DNA from: Naegleria gruberi
Lineage: Eukaryota
Length of the DNA stretch: 64,000 nucleotides
Strand: one strand, 5' to 3'
Assembly (NCBI GenBank): GCA_000004985.1
Contig: GG738845.1
Below are positions 42,668 through 52,520 of this stretch, one piece after another; position 1 is the stretch's first letter, and each line of letters begins with the position of its first letter. Made by a program: the position numbers and the translations under genes. Below the pieces are notes generated by a model that saw only the letters and a list, made by a program, of their open reading frames with translations, searched no databases and was not told the origin of the DNA.

Positions 42668-43144
42668 CCAGTCTATGGTCCACTCTATTCCTTATTAACA
42701 TATTAGTTCTCTACAGTTTTCTAACCACCTAAATATGAACCCTATTATTATTAGATTTATTAAAAAAAAATGTCACAACCTAATTACATGGTCAACCCAC
42801 ACATGTGATGGAATTGGTAGAATCAAATACTGATATACTAATTGTCTGCACTAAACCAATAAACAAACTTTCTCTTACTATAATGTCATTCTTATCAACG
42901 AAATTAAAATAAGTTTCCGAAGCTGAAAAGAATTGTTTAAAAGTAAACATGTGGTTAAACATATTGTTCATGTGATGTATCAAGAAAACTATCAACAAAT
43001 TAAATGAAATTATGTTTGTGAGCGGAGTAGTCAAACAACAACAATCCAATTTTTTAAATTATTTTTTTAATTACAAAAGCGTCACTGTAGAGACTAAAAA
43101 TGGTGTTCCCGCCACAGGCAGACCTCCAGTGGTTTGTCAGCACT

Positions 43145-43159
43145 AGATCTCCCCCCCCG
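43145..43159. repeat. Right terminal inverted repeat of the MITE-like element
   Basis: AGATCTCCCCCCCCG, followed by the TTTATTG direct duplication. Confidence 0.6.
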
Positions 43160-43209
43160 TTTATTGATTACTCAGTTACATATCTTCAATCACAAACAAT
43201 CACAAAAAA

Positions 43210-44493
43210 ATGAGCAATGATGAAATAAACATTGAGGTGGAAGGATTTGATGGCAGTGTTGGTGGATCTTCAGAACAAATTGAAAAAAGAAAAGAAATAA
43301 TTGATGAAAGTGATGAGGATGAAGTTGATGATCCATTAAAACCTGAAATGAACGAAGATTCCCTTATAACCCTAGAAAATATTTATGAGGACAGGATGGT
43401 TTTTGATCCTTATGATAACATCCATGAAAACGGAAAGCTTAATTTTGCAACCAAAAACAACAAGAATTACCTTAAAATTTTCTCAATAACATGGAATATG
43501 ATGGGTCTATCTTCTCCAAATGAGGAATATTTACTTTCATTCATTCCAACAAATAATTATCATATCTATTGTTTTGCAACTCAAGAGTGTGAGAGATCTA
43601 TTGGAACTTCCGTAATCATTGAATCAAAAGCAAAATGGGAAAAGACACTTAACTCAATTATGGGAGATTCATATATTCAACTTGAAAGTTGTACATTAGT
43701 AGCAATACACTTGATAATATTTGTACGAAAGGAACTATTAACACAAATAAGCAATGTAAGAACTTGTAGTGTTCCTACTGGTTTATATAACCAAATTGGA
43801 AACAAGGGTGGGGTTTCGATTTCTTTCAAATTAGGAAAGCGAAAATTTGTTTTTATTAATAATCATCTCCCAGCTCACCAAGAAAATGTAAAAGAAAGAA
43901 ATGAAAGTGTAAAGAGAATTATTGATTCTATCGACTATGAAGGGAAAATTCAGCAACAACCCTCAAAAACAAAAGTGAATCCAGCGGTTTCACAATCCAA
44001 TTTTACTCTATTTAAACGAGCAGATAGACCAGACATTCTCAAAAAGAACAACTTTGTGTTTTATATGGGTGATTTAAATTATAGAATTAATGGAAATAGA
44101 AAAGTTGTAGATAAGGTCTTGAAAATGAATGATCTTAAAGTTCTTCAGCTAAATGATCAATTAATTCTTGAACGAAAAAAAGGAACAGTTGACCTAAAGC
44201 ATTTTTCTGAAGGAGAAATAATCTTCCCACCAACTTACAAATTTGAGAAAAATTCAAACCAATACGACCTCAGTAAGAAGCAGAGAATACCTGCTTGGAC
44301 TGATAGAATTCTCTTTAAACCTTCTAAAAAGGGTAAAATCCACCTTGTTGACTATAATTTTTTCCCACAAGTCAAATATTCTGATCACAGGCCGGTCTAT
44401 GCTTTATTTCTGGTTGATTGTCCAGGTGTAATCCTTGAAACCACAAGCCAAGAACCAAATGCTTCAACTTCTCAAGTTTGTTTGGTGCAATAA
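43210..44493 (+). CDS. Inositol polyphosphate 5-phosphatase (IPPc/EEP family)
   Basis: 427 aa with the signature motifs WNMMGL, FATQEC, GDLNYRI, PAWTDRILF and SDHRPV, typical of INPP5/synaptojanin-type catalytic domains. An acidic N-terminal extension precedes them. Confidence 0.85.
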   Translation: MSNDEINIEVEGFDGSVGGSSEQIEKRKEIIDESDEDEVDDPLKPEMNEDSLITLENIYEDRMVFDPYDNIHENGKLNFATKNNKNYLKIFSITWNMMGLSSPNEEYLLSFIPTNNYHIYCFATQECERSIGTSVIIESKAKWEKTLNSIMGDSYIQLESCTLVAIHLIIFVRKELLTQISNVRTCSVPTGLYNQIGNKGGVSISFKLGKRKFVFINNHLPAHQENVKERNESVKRIIDSIDYEGKIQQQPSKTKVNPAVSQSNFTLFKRADRPDILKKNNFVFYMGDLNYRINGNRKVVDKVLKMNDLKVLQLNDQLILERKKGTVDLKHFSEGEIIFPPTYKFEKNSNQYDLSKKQRIPAWTDRILFKPSKKGKIHLVDYNFFPQVKYSDHRPVYALFLVDCPGVILETTSQEPNASTSQVCLVQ

Positions 44494-44540
44494 TCTTTCT
44501 AAAAGAAAATACAGTTTAAAAATTGCATCAATTAAAAAAT

Positions 44541-45229
44541 ATGTTTGTTACTGTAGTGATAAAAGATACACTAATCATTAAACCAGAACGATTCAAAAAG
44601 GATATTGTTACAGCAGTGGAAGATGAAATTCATATGAAATATTCTAACAAAATTCTTCCCGATGTAGGATTGTGTGTGTCGATATATGATTTTATTTCAA
44701 TAGGAGATCCTCATATTTATCCAAATCAACAAGGAAATTATTTTGTGGAAGCAAGTTTTAGGTTGATAGTGTTTAAACCATTTGTTGGAGAAATTATTAC
44801 AGGAAGAATAATGGGATCGGATCCTGAACAAGGCCTAAAAGTAGCTATTGGATTTTTCAACGACATTTACATCCCACCCTATTTATTAGCCCAACCATGT
44901 AAATAGTATGTTTATTATTTTCAGCAAATTTATTAATAATAATTAAATTAAGTGATGAAGAGACAAGCCAGTGGCAGTGGATTTATGAAGACAATGCTCT
45001 TCCGTACGCCCATCCACAAGAAATACGATTCCGAGTAAACTCTCTAACATTCAACACCACCATAGATTCTAATCCTCCTCGTCACACAGAGGAGAGAAAC
45101 AAACCACCAACCGAAGACAACCAAACACAAGATGAGGAAAAAGCACCAATGATCATCACAGGAAGAGCCAATGAGCCTGGTCTTGGATTGACATCATGGT
45201 GGACACAGTCTGGAGATGAAGAACAATAA
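44541..45229 (+). CDS. POLR3H: DNA-directed RNA polymerase III subunit RPC8 (Rpb7-like). Two exons, approximately join(44541..44905,44953..45229)
   Basis: Exon 1 is the Rpb7-like N domain (MFVTVVIKDTLIIKPERF...GLCVSIYDF...FRLIVFKPFVGEIITGRI..GFFNDIYIPPYLLAQPCK). After a 47-nt GTATGT..AATTAAG intron, exon 2 reads YDEETSQWQWIYED..QEIRFRVNSLTFNTT..PMIITGRANEPGLGLTSWWTQS. It lines up with human POLR3H ([48 protein letters not shown]). The track start at 44523 is TTG, and the ATG is at 44541. Confidence 0.85.
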
Positions 45230-45303
45230 TTCACCAACTTCAAAGGCCTATTATTAGAAAATTATCATCATTATTTTAATAAAATTATAACAAAAAAAAT
45301 AAC

Positions 45304-47581
45304 ATGTTGAATAACCATCTTCACGATCAAACCACTGGAACATCATCAAATCGTCTTCAATCGGAAGATAAAAAAAGGAAAAAGAAAGAAAAAGAAGCAA
45401 AAAAGAAGAAGCAAAAATATGAGGAAATTTTAAACGATCTAGATAATGAAGTAGCAAAAAAAGCCCAGGAAAAGCTTGTGAGTGATATTTTCAGTCAAAA
45501 GAAGGACGTTCAATTTGACCATTCAAATTTGGAATTAAAACCTGACCATAAACTCCGTCCAGTTTGGGTTTGTTCAGGTACTGATGGCAAATTTCATATT
45601 TTCATGGAGACCTTTTCACCAATTTATCAACAGGCTTATGATTTTCTTGTTGCTGTTGCTGAACCTGTTTCACGTCCTGAAAATCTACACGAATATGTAT
45701 TAACTGAATATTCTCTCTATGCAGCTGTCAGTATTGGTATGAACACCGAACAAATTATTCAAGTTTTGGAGAAGCTAAGTAAGGTTAAATTATCCGAAGC
45801 TCTCATCAATTTTATTAGAGATGTAACAAGAAAATATGGTAATGTAAAATTAGTTCTGCAGAAAAATAGATTTTTCGTAGAGTCACCCCATTTGACTATC
45901 ATGGAAAAGTTATATGAAGATAAAATCATTAGTGCAGCTGCTATTGTTCCTGATCCAAATGAGTTTCCAAATGTTGATAGATCCAAAAGATTTATTATTA
46001 GAACACGATCAAAACAAAATGAATTGGAAAAGTTTCAAAAGCAAGCTCTTGCTAATACATCAACTGTAAATAAGGGATCTAAAATTCAAACTGAAATGAT
46101 AAGAGCTGTAAATCAAATTGGAGATGATGAAGATGATGATGCTGATGATGATTTTGATATTTCTTCAGCAGTTGAAACGTTTTATTTATTCGAAATTAAT
46201 CCAACAGAGGTTGAACATGTGAAAAAGCAATGCATTCAGATNNNNNNNNNNNNNNNNNNNNNNNNNNNNNNNNNNNNNNNNNNNNNNNNNNAGTCAGTGT
46301 ATTGAATGGAAGAATCAATTTAAATTATGGAGTACTATTGATGAGAATCGTGTAGTAGTATTTACTTCTCAGGAGAAGGATGCTTTACCAAAAGATGATG
46401 ATCCCTTAATCATCATTACAACATACACTATGATTACCCATACCAGAAAGAGAAGTGGTGAGGCAAAGGAGGTTATGGATTACATTCAAAGTAGAGAATG
46501 GGGATTATTAATTTTAGATGAGGTCCACGTCGTTCCCGCCAACATGTTTAGACATGTTGCGAGTGTAAAGTCTCATTGTAAATTAGGATTGACAGCCACT
46601 CTTTTACGTGAAGATAACAAGACAGACGATTTATATTTTTTAATTGGTCCAAAATTATATGAAGCTAATTGGCTTGATTTACAACAAAAAGGCCATCTTG
46701 CTAATGTGCAATGTGTGGAAGTTTGGTGTCCCATGACTGCCGAGTTTTTTGCTGAATACTTAACAGCCAATGCTAAGAAAAAGACTTTACTTTATGTTAT
46801 GAATCCAAATAAGTTTAGAGCTTGTGAATTTCTGATTAGATACCATGAAAAGCAAGGAGACAAAATCATTGTTTTTAGTGACAATGTTTTTGCTCTCCAA
46901 GAATATGCTGAAAAGTTGGGGGTACCCTACATTTTTGGTAATACCAAACAACAAGAACGTGTTTATTATTTGAACCAGTTCAGAAATACTAACCATTATA
47001 ACACTATTTTCATCAGTAAGGTTGGTGATACAGCAATTGACATTCCTGAGGCAACTGTGATTATTCAAATATCATCTCATTTTGGTAGTAGAAGACAGGA
47101 GGCTCAACGTTTGGGTCGTATCCTTCGTCCAAAAGGTGGTGGACTTAAAAATCAACAGGCCTACTTTTACACACTAGTTTCTCAAGATACACAAGAAATG
47201 TTCTTCTCCACAAAGAGACAACAATTTTTAATTAATCAAGGCTACAGCTTTAGAGTCTTGCCTGATATTCAAAAGTATTACAGGCAAGGTGCTAATGAAA
47301 TGGGTCTAACTCTCAAACACATGAATACCAAGAAGGAAGAATTAGACATGTTGGCTATTGTAAAAAAGGCTGAAGATGCAAGAGGCCAAGAAGAAAAGAT
47401 CAACGTTGATGATGAAGTTGAAAAATCATCTAGTAGTCTTGCTTCAATCTCTGGTGGAAATGAAATTTATTACCATTCCTATGAAGCTTCTACAACAACT
47501 TCCAGAAGAAGAGGTAAAGCTACCAAAGTTCCTTCTACTGTGCATCCACTTTTCAAAACCAGAACCCAACACAAGGATTAA
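45304..47581 (+). CDS. ERCC3: TFIIH helicase subunit XPB/ERCC3/SSL2 (interrupted by an assembly gap)
   Basis: N-terminal XPB block (..[60 protein letters not shown]..). The helicase motifs are ..[22 protein letters not shown].., ..[10 protein letters not shown].. and a helicase-C region (..[41 protein letters not shown]). The 50-N gap 46242..46291 splits the coding sequence. Confidence 0.9.
46242..46291. other. Assembly gap (50 N) inside the XPB gene
   Basis: A run of 50 'n' characters. The reading frame across the gap cannot be verified. Confidence 0.99.
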
Positions 47582-47676
47582 TTTCTGAAAATAAACCATG
47601 CATGTGCCTCTACTACGTAGTCTTTACTCTGTAAATTGTACAGTTTTACCATCAAAAAAAATTACAGTAGGCTGGA

Positions 47677-48690
47677 ATGTACCTTACTAAAACCGTTCTT
47701 TTGTGCGGTTTGTTGTTGGTAGTGGTTTTGCTCTCTTGTGAAGTTGCCACCAAAAAACCAAACTTTCCCCTTTTATTTAATGAATTTGGAAGTAACTTGA
47801 AAAATTATACTTGCCTCACAGATAGGTTGGCCCAAGCACCAAATTCCAGAAATATTATTAAGTTTTTAGAAAAATACGTAGAAGAAGAAAATAATCTGTA
47901 TGAAGCATATGAAAAATCCCTAAATAACGTACTATTGAACAAAAAGATTGTTCAAGAAACAAGTAAAAGAATACCATCTATGGAGGAAGAAATCAAACTC
48001 TTTGGTGATGTGAATAACTTTGCCAAATTATATGAATTGAAAAATAAGAATAATCTTGAAAATCAAATCGATTCAGTAATTAAAACAACGACGGAAGCTT
48101 TGGAGGATGCTAAGAAATCTTTAAATCAACGAAAGGATACTGGTGATTCATTAATGAAAATTTATTTAGCTGCTTTAGTGGACTATGAATTTAAGAGGGA
48201 AGAAAGAGAAAAAATTTTCAACTCAACACTCAAAACTTTTGGAAAAATTAAGGAAACAAATTCTACAATTCTCTGCAATATTATTAATACTGAAATTAAG
48301 CAAAACCTCTTGGATTGTTCTTTGGTTCGTCCATTCTCACATCGTTCCAACCAAATCCCACAACAAATTCCTCAAAAAACACAAATCAAATCTATTTCAC
48401 ATATTATTAAATCAGGACCAAATGGAGGATCAAAATCATTAAACGTGGACATGACACAATGGAAGAAAGGACAAACTTTCAAAGTTGCTGTAAAGACATC
48501 CAAAGTTCATATTGGGTTAGTTTTCTCAATACTCAACCATGCAAGCAAGCCAATCTGGAGGTACGAAATTCCTCAAGAAGGAATAATTACTTCTCCAACT
48601 TTGACCTACACTGAAGGTGGATACATCACATACACTATTTCTTTGAGCTCTAATTCAGAGGATTTACAAGTAGTTCTTACTGCAGAATAA
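47677..48690 (+). CDS. Predicted secreted protein of unknown function
   Basis: 337 aa. The N-terminal signal-peptide-like MYLTKTVLLCGLLLVVVLLSCEVA is followed by a hydrophilic body with no recognisable domain. Confidence 0.45.
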   Translation: MYLTKTVLLCGLLLVVVLLSCEVATKKPNFPLLFNEFGSNLKNYTCLTDRLAQAPNSRNIIKFLEKYVEEENNLYEAYEKSLNNVLLNKKIVQETSKRIPSMEEEIKLFGDVNNFAKLYELKNKNNLENQIDSVIKTTTEALEDAKKSLNQRKDTGDSLMKIYLAALVDYEFKREEREKIFNSTLKTFGKIKETNSTILCNIINTEIKQNLLDCSLVRPFSHRSNQIPQQIPQKTQIKSISHIIKSGPNGGSKSLNVDMTQWKKGQTFKVAVKTSKVHIGLVFSILNHASKPIWRYEIPQEGIITSPTLTYTEGGYITYTISLSSNSEDLQVVLTAE

Positions 48691-48701
48691 TATTTGTGGT
48701 T

Positions 48702-51056
48702 TTATTGCTTTGATTTTGGAGTCAAATCATAGTCAACCAAATCTATAAAGGATTTGATGTATTCATCTACATTTTCTTCATGTTTTCTTTCTTTGATCAA
48801 TCTTGCTGCTCCAGCAACCTTACTCTTGTAAACAATAATATCTGATGGAGATAGTTTAAATCCAGTTTCTTCGAACATTTTCTTTAGGAATTCGCGAGCT
48901 TTTTCCACATATCCTTCATCTACTAATCTGAAAATCATATGTTTGTATGCTTGATAAGTTGGTTGGACACCATTTTGTTTCATTTCATCAAATAAGAGTA
49001 GTGCACTTTCTGTCCTCTTCAATCTACAGTACATCCTTACTAAAAGCGTATATGCTATTCCTGTTGGTTGTAGATTATGTTCTGTGTACTTATTTTTGCA
49101 CAATTCCAAGGCTTTTTCCACTCTGAGAGCATTGGTAAATACTCCCAATAACGAATTGAGTGTATATTCGCTGATTGGAAGATTAGTTTCTTTCATTTTT
49201 TCATAAACAGCAAGAGCATCTGAAATGTTTTGGTTTTGTTCTTTTGTGAGGTTCTTGTTGCCTTTCTGTTGTTGAGCAATACTAAAACAGCTAAGGACTG
49301 AATTGTAAGTGTGCTCAGTTGGCTTAATACCTATCTCTTTCATTTTCAAAAGAACCTTTTTCATTCTGGCAACACTTCCATCATCTGCACATGCATTGAT
49401 GAGAGAATTAATAGTATAAATATCTGGTTTGTAACCGTACAGCTCCATTTGTTCAGCTAACTCAAACACTCTGTGACGAAGTTCTTTTCTTTTGGAATAT
49501 GCTTTGATAAGAGTATTGAATGTTACTTCTGTAGGTTCTATCATCATTTGTTGCTCCAATCTCCTGAAAAGCATCATGGCTCTTTCTGCTTGGCCTCTCA
49601 TAGCACATGCATTTATCATTGTTGTAACAGTTACTTCATCATGAGGAATACCATAAACCATACCCATAGCCATGTAATGATTCCAAGCTCTCTCTAAATC
49701 TCCTTTCTTTATACAACCTTGAATAAGGTCAGTATGAATAACAGTATCTGTTGGTAAGTTGTGAGAACGCATTAATTCTACCATTTGGAAAGCTTCATCT
49801 ACCTTTCCAGCCCTTACCATTGCATGAACTACTATACTGTAAGATACAATTGTAGGACTAATGTGGTATTCACTTTGCATTTCTCTCAAGTAACCATAGG
49901 CCTTCTTGTAATCTCCTCTAACAGCACAAGCTGTCATTACAGCATTGTATGTGTATTCAGAGGGTAATAATAGATCATTTTCATCAATTTCTGTTTGTCC
50001 ACTTAAAATTGCAGCCTTTCTCTTCTCCAATATATTTGTCAATATTTGGGGAGAAGGTCCTAATGATTTAATTTTCTCCAATGTTTGCTCGGCTAATTCC
50101 AATTTTCCTTGCATAGCTTGGCATCGTATAAGATAGTCAAAATTCTTAATTGTTAAAGGTTTGTTGTCGAAATATTTGTGAATATCTGTTTCCTCAGAGA
50201 GCATTTTCATTTTGTCTAATTGAACTAGAGTACTAGTTGGTGTGAGTAGTTTAGTAGTTAACTGTGACCAGTTTGGGTCATCTCGTAAATAAATATCCAT
50301 ATGACCCTCGGTAGTTTCTTCAAATCTTAATCTTTCTCTAATATTTTCTGGAATAATTTTACCTTGTCTCCAAAGTTTTACAAGTCTTGGAGATTTGAAA
50401 GGTACTAAACTTTCTGGAGACTCTGGATTGAATTTGGTAGTATCTAACTGCCTCTCAGCGATTGATTTTTCTGAAGACTTGATTGACTCATTTTGATAAA
50501 ACCCTTTTCTATTTGAAAGGGATCTTGGAGGGGCTTCAATCATTTGATTTTCAGATTCTGCTTCAATGATAGGTGACTGGATTTTTTCTCTAATTATCTG
50601 TTCATCTCTTTCCTTACTCTTTTGAATCTTGTTTCTTCTTTGTTGTTCTTTTCTATTGGAAGCCTTTTTTTCAGATTCCATAGAACTGAATTCTTCCATA
50701 GCATTTTCCAAGGCCTCTCGTTGATGTTGTGATAATTTTAATGCATTTGGATCTACTCCTAGATGCTTTTTTGTTAATTGTTCATCATTTAACAAATTTC
50801 TATTCGGAACAACTTTTTGTGAAAGAGTTACTAGGTTATCTTTTTTTCTAGCATAGACTGTTTTTGCTGGTTTTACCGGATTGTTATGATTAGTCTTATT
50901 GGAAGAATATAATCCGTTGCTCAATTTTAAATTAATATTATAAAATTGTAATCCCGAGTAGTCATCGGTCTTTAGAATATTCTCTTTTTGCAAACTTTTC
51001 AAATTTATTTTTGAAATTCTTTTTTGTACTGTTTTGCCTGTGATGAGTTTTTTCAT
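48702..51056 (-). CDS. Pentatricopeptide-repeat (PPR) protein, probably mitochondrial RNA-binding
   Basis: 784 aa. The C-terminal two thirds consist of tandem ~35-aa helical repeats with the PPR pattern (YNAVMTACAVRGDYKKAYGYLREMQSEYHISPTIVSYSIVVHAMVRAGKVDEAFQMVELM..TVIHTDLIQGCIKKGDLERAWNHY..). The N-terminal region is basic and S-rich. Confidence 0.75.
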   Translation of the reverse strand: MKKLITGKTVQKRISKINLKSLQKENILKTDDYSGLQFYNINLKLSNGLYSSNKTNHNNPVKPAKTVYARKKDNLVTLSQKVVPNRNLLNDEQLTKKHLGVDPNALKLSQHQREALENAMEEFSSMESEKKASNRKEQQRRNKIQKSKERDEQIIREKIQSPIIEAESENQMIEAPPRSLSNRKGFYQNESIKSSEKSIAERQLDTTKFNPESPESLVPFKSPRLVKLWRQGKIIPENIRERLRFEETTEGHMDIYLRDDPNWSQLTTKLLTPTSTLVQLDKMKMLSEETDIHKYFDNKPLTIKNFDYLIRCQAMQGKLELAEQTLEKIKSLGPSPQILTNILEKRKAAILSGQTEIDENDLLLPSEYTYNAVMTACAVRGDYKKAYGYLREMQSEYHISPTIVSYSIVVHAMVRAGKVDEAFQMVELMRSHNLPTDTVIHTDLIQGCIKKGDLERAWNHYMAMGMVYGIPHDEVTVTTMINACAMRGQAERAMMLFRRLEQQMMIEPTEVTFNTLIKAYSKRKELRHRVFELAEQMELYGYKPDIYTINSLINACADDGSVARMKKVLLKMKEIGIKPTEHTYNSVLSCFSIAQQQKGNKNLTKEQNQNISDALAVYEKMKETNLPISEYTLNSLLGVFTNALRVEKALELCKNKYTEHNLQPTGIAYTLLVRMYCRLKRTESALLLFDEMKQNGVQPTYQAYKHMIFRLVDEGYVEKAREFLKKMFEETGFKLSPSDIIVYKSKVAGAARLIKERKHEENVDEYIKSFIDLVDYDLTPKSKQ

Positions 51057-51075
51057 TTTTTTTTAATTTAAAAAA

Positions 51076-52464
51076 ATGAAATCGTTAAAGAAAAGCTCGC
51101 TGCTACGATTAGCTTCAACATCGGCTTTCTTTTCAGCTTCAACAAGTCATCATATTTTTCAATCAAAATTCTATTCCAGTTCTCAATACGATGTCAAATC
51201 TTCTGGAATTGCAAAGGAAAAGGTGGAGAAGAAGTTGAGTAAAATTGAAAGACTCTTTTCCAAGAATACATCATCCAAGAAGAAGAATTATCAAACAGTA
51301 GAGGCACAAACCAAAGCTCCGAGCCCTCTTGCAACTCCACTTCCTCCATCAAGCGGTACATCAACAAAATCAAAACAAAAACTTCCAGAAAATGAAATGA
51401 TAAATAGTTTAATTAGTGGTTCTGGTGTAAATTTAACACCAGAAGAAATTGAAAAAGCAAAGGACACCCTAAACCCTTCCAAAAAGCAATCCTCCATAAC
51501 ATCTCCAATTTTAGGAAACAGATCGTTTTCAGAAGATGAAGTAGATGATGCCTGGATGGAACAAATGAAAGGCCCTTTTTATTATCGAACAATAATTAGA
51601 TTAATTGAGAAGCAGAGATATCTTTCCGAACAAGATAGAAATTCTCTAATAAGCTATGTCAAAAAGGAATTCAGGGATAGAAGTAAAAATGTAGAAGCTC
51701 AATATCAAATAGCAGATAACTTTGTTCACATAATGAGGGCAAAAGATTTAAAAAGTGCTCAAATTACTACTGATGCTTTGGATAATAATCAATTGGATGA
51801 ATCAAAAGAATTGACCTATTGGAATGAATACTACAAACAACATGGATATGTAGAGGAATGGTATTGTGATTGGGATGTAATTAAAAGCTATCTTCCAGAA
51901 GCAATTCTAAAGTTAAAAACCAAACCAAACAAGGAGTCTTTACAAATTTTAGATATTGGTTGCGGCTTGTCAACAGTTTCATTACATTTAACAGGTCATA
52001 TGGAAAAGCAGCTTTGCTCAGTTACATCAATTGACATTAGTAATATGTTGATAGCCCTGATGTCTGATTCGTATGCTGATATTGCTGATATAATTTCTTT
52101 CAAACAAATGGATGTTAGAGATTTGTCTTTTGAGGACAATACTTTTGATTTTATTTTTGATAAGGCAACTTTTGATAGCATACTGTCTTTTGATTCTTCA
52201 ACCATTTCAGATCTCACCTCCTATGAATCTGAAGTTTATAGGACCCTAAAACCTGGTGGTGTTTTAATGCTTTGTAGTGTAAATCCTTTTGAGGGCATTG
52301 AAGGGTTCTTCTCTGGACAGACCTGGTCAAGCATAAAATTAGCAGGAAGTAAAAACCTATTGGAAGACCACACTACCAATAATAGAAGTTTACAACTAGC
52401 AGATGACAGTGTGCTTGGAAATGCATTCCTACATTTTTATCATATCAAAAAGCCAACCGAATAA
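51076..52464 (+). CDS. Class I SAM-dependent methyltransferase (METTL12/13-ECE2-like lysine MTase family) with a presequence-like N-terminus
   Basis: C-terminal motif I ILDIGCGLSTVSL, the 'DKATFDS' (DKGTLDA-like) motif and LKPGGVLML. The N-terminus MKSLKKSSLLRLASTSAFFSASTSHHIFQSKFYSS is Ser/Arg/hydrophobic-rich like a mitochondrial targeting peptide. Confidence 0.65.
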   Translation: MKSLKKSSLLRLASTSAFFSASTSHHIFQSKFYSSSQYDVKSSGIAKEKVEKKLSKIERLFSKNTSSKKKNYQTVEAQTKAPSPLATPLPPSSGTSTKSKQKLPENEMINSLISGSGVNLTPEEIEKAKDTLNPSKKQSSITSPILGNRSFSEDEVDDAWMEQMKGPFYYRTIIRLIEKQRYLSEQDRNSLISYVKKEFRDRSKNVEAQYQIADNFVHIMRAKDLKSAQITTDALDNNQLDESKELTYWNEYYKQHGYVEEWYCDWDVIKSYLPEAILKLKTKPNKESLQILDIGCGLSTVSLHLTGHMEKQLCSVTSIDISNMLIALMSDSYADIADIISFKQMDVRDLSFEDNTFDFIFDKATFDSILSFDSSTISDLTSYESEVYRTLKPGGVLMLCSVNPFEGIEGFFSGQTWSSIKLAGSKNLLEDHTTNNRSLQLADDSVLGNAFLHFYHIKKPTE

Positions 52465-52520
52465 AAGGAAAAGTTTACTGCAGCTTAATTCGAAAAAAGG
52501 GAATTATTCAATAAGAGTCA

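Larger units (their letters stand above)
42653..43159. mobile_element. MITE-like non-autonomous DNA transposon with perfect 15-bp TIRs and a 7-bp TSD
   Basis: Left end CGGGGGGGGAGATCT (42653..42667). The right end AGATCTCCCCCCCCG (43145..43159) is its exact reverse complement. The direct repeat TTTATTG sits immediately outside both ends (42646..42652 and 43160..43166). The interior is AT-rich with only a spurious 85-aa ORF. G8/C8 runs are otherwise absent from this AT-rich window. Confidence 0.55.

Noticed and set aside
42792-43049. 85-aa ORF inside the MITE-like element as a possible transposase fragment
   Set aside because: It is too short and hydrophobic/AT-biased. It has no DDE/DDD-like motif. 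The element as a whole (507 bp) is too small to be autonomous.
42653-43159. G8...C8 flanks interpreted as dG/dC homopolymer-tailing cloning artefact or vector contamination
   Set aside because: The inverted repeat is longer than the homopolymer (15 bp including AGATCT). It is perfectly symmetric and flanked by an exact 7-bp direct duplication of host sequence. That is what a transposition event leaves and not what tailing produces. An artefact cannot be fully excluded without read-level data, so it is kept as a check in the finding.
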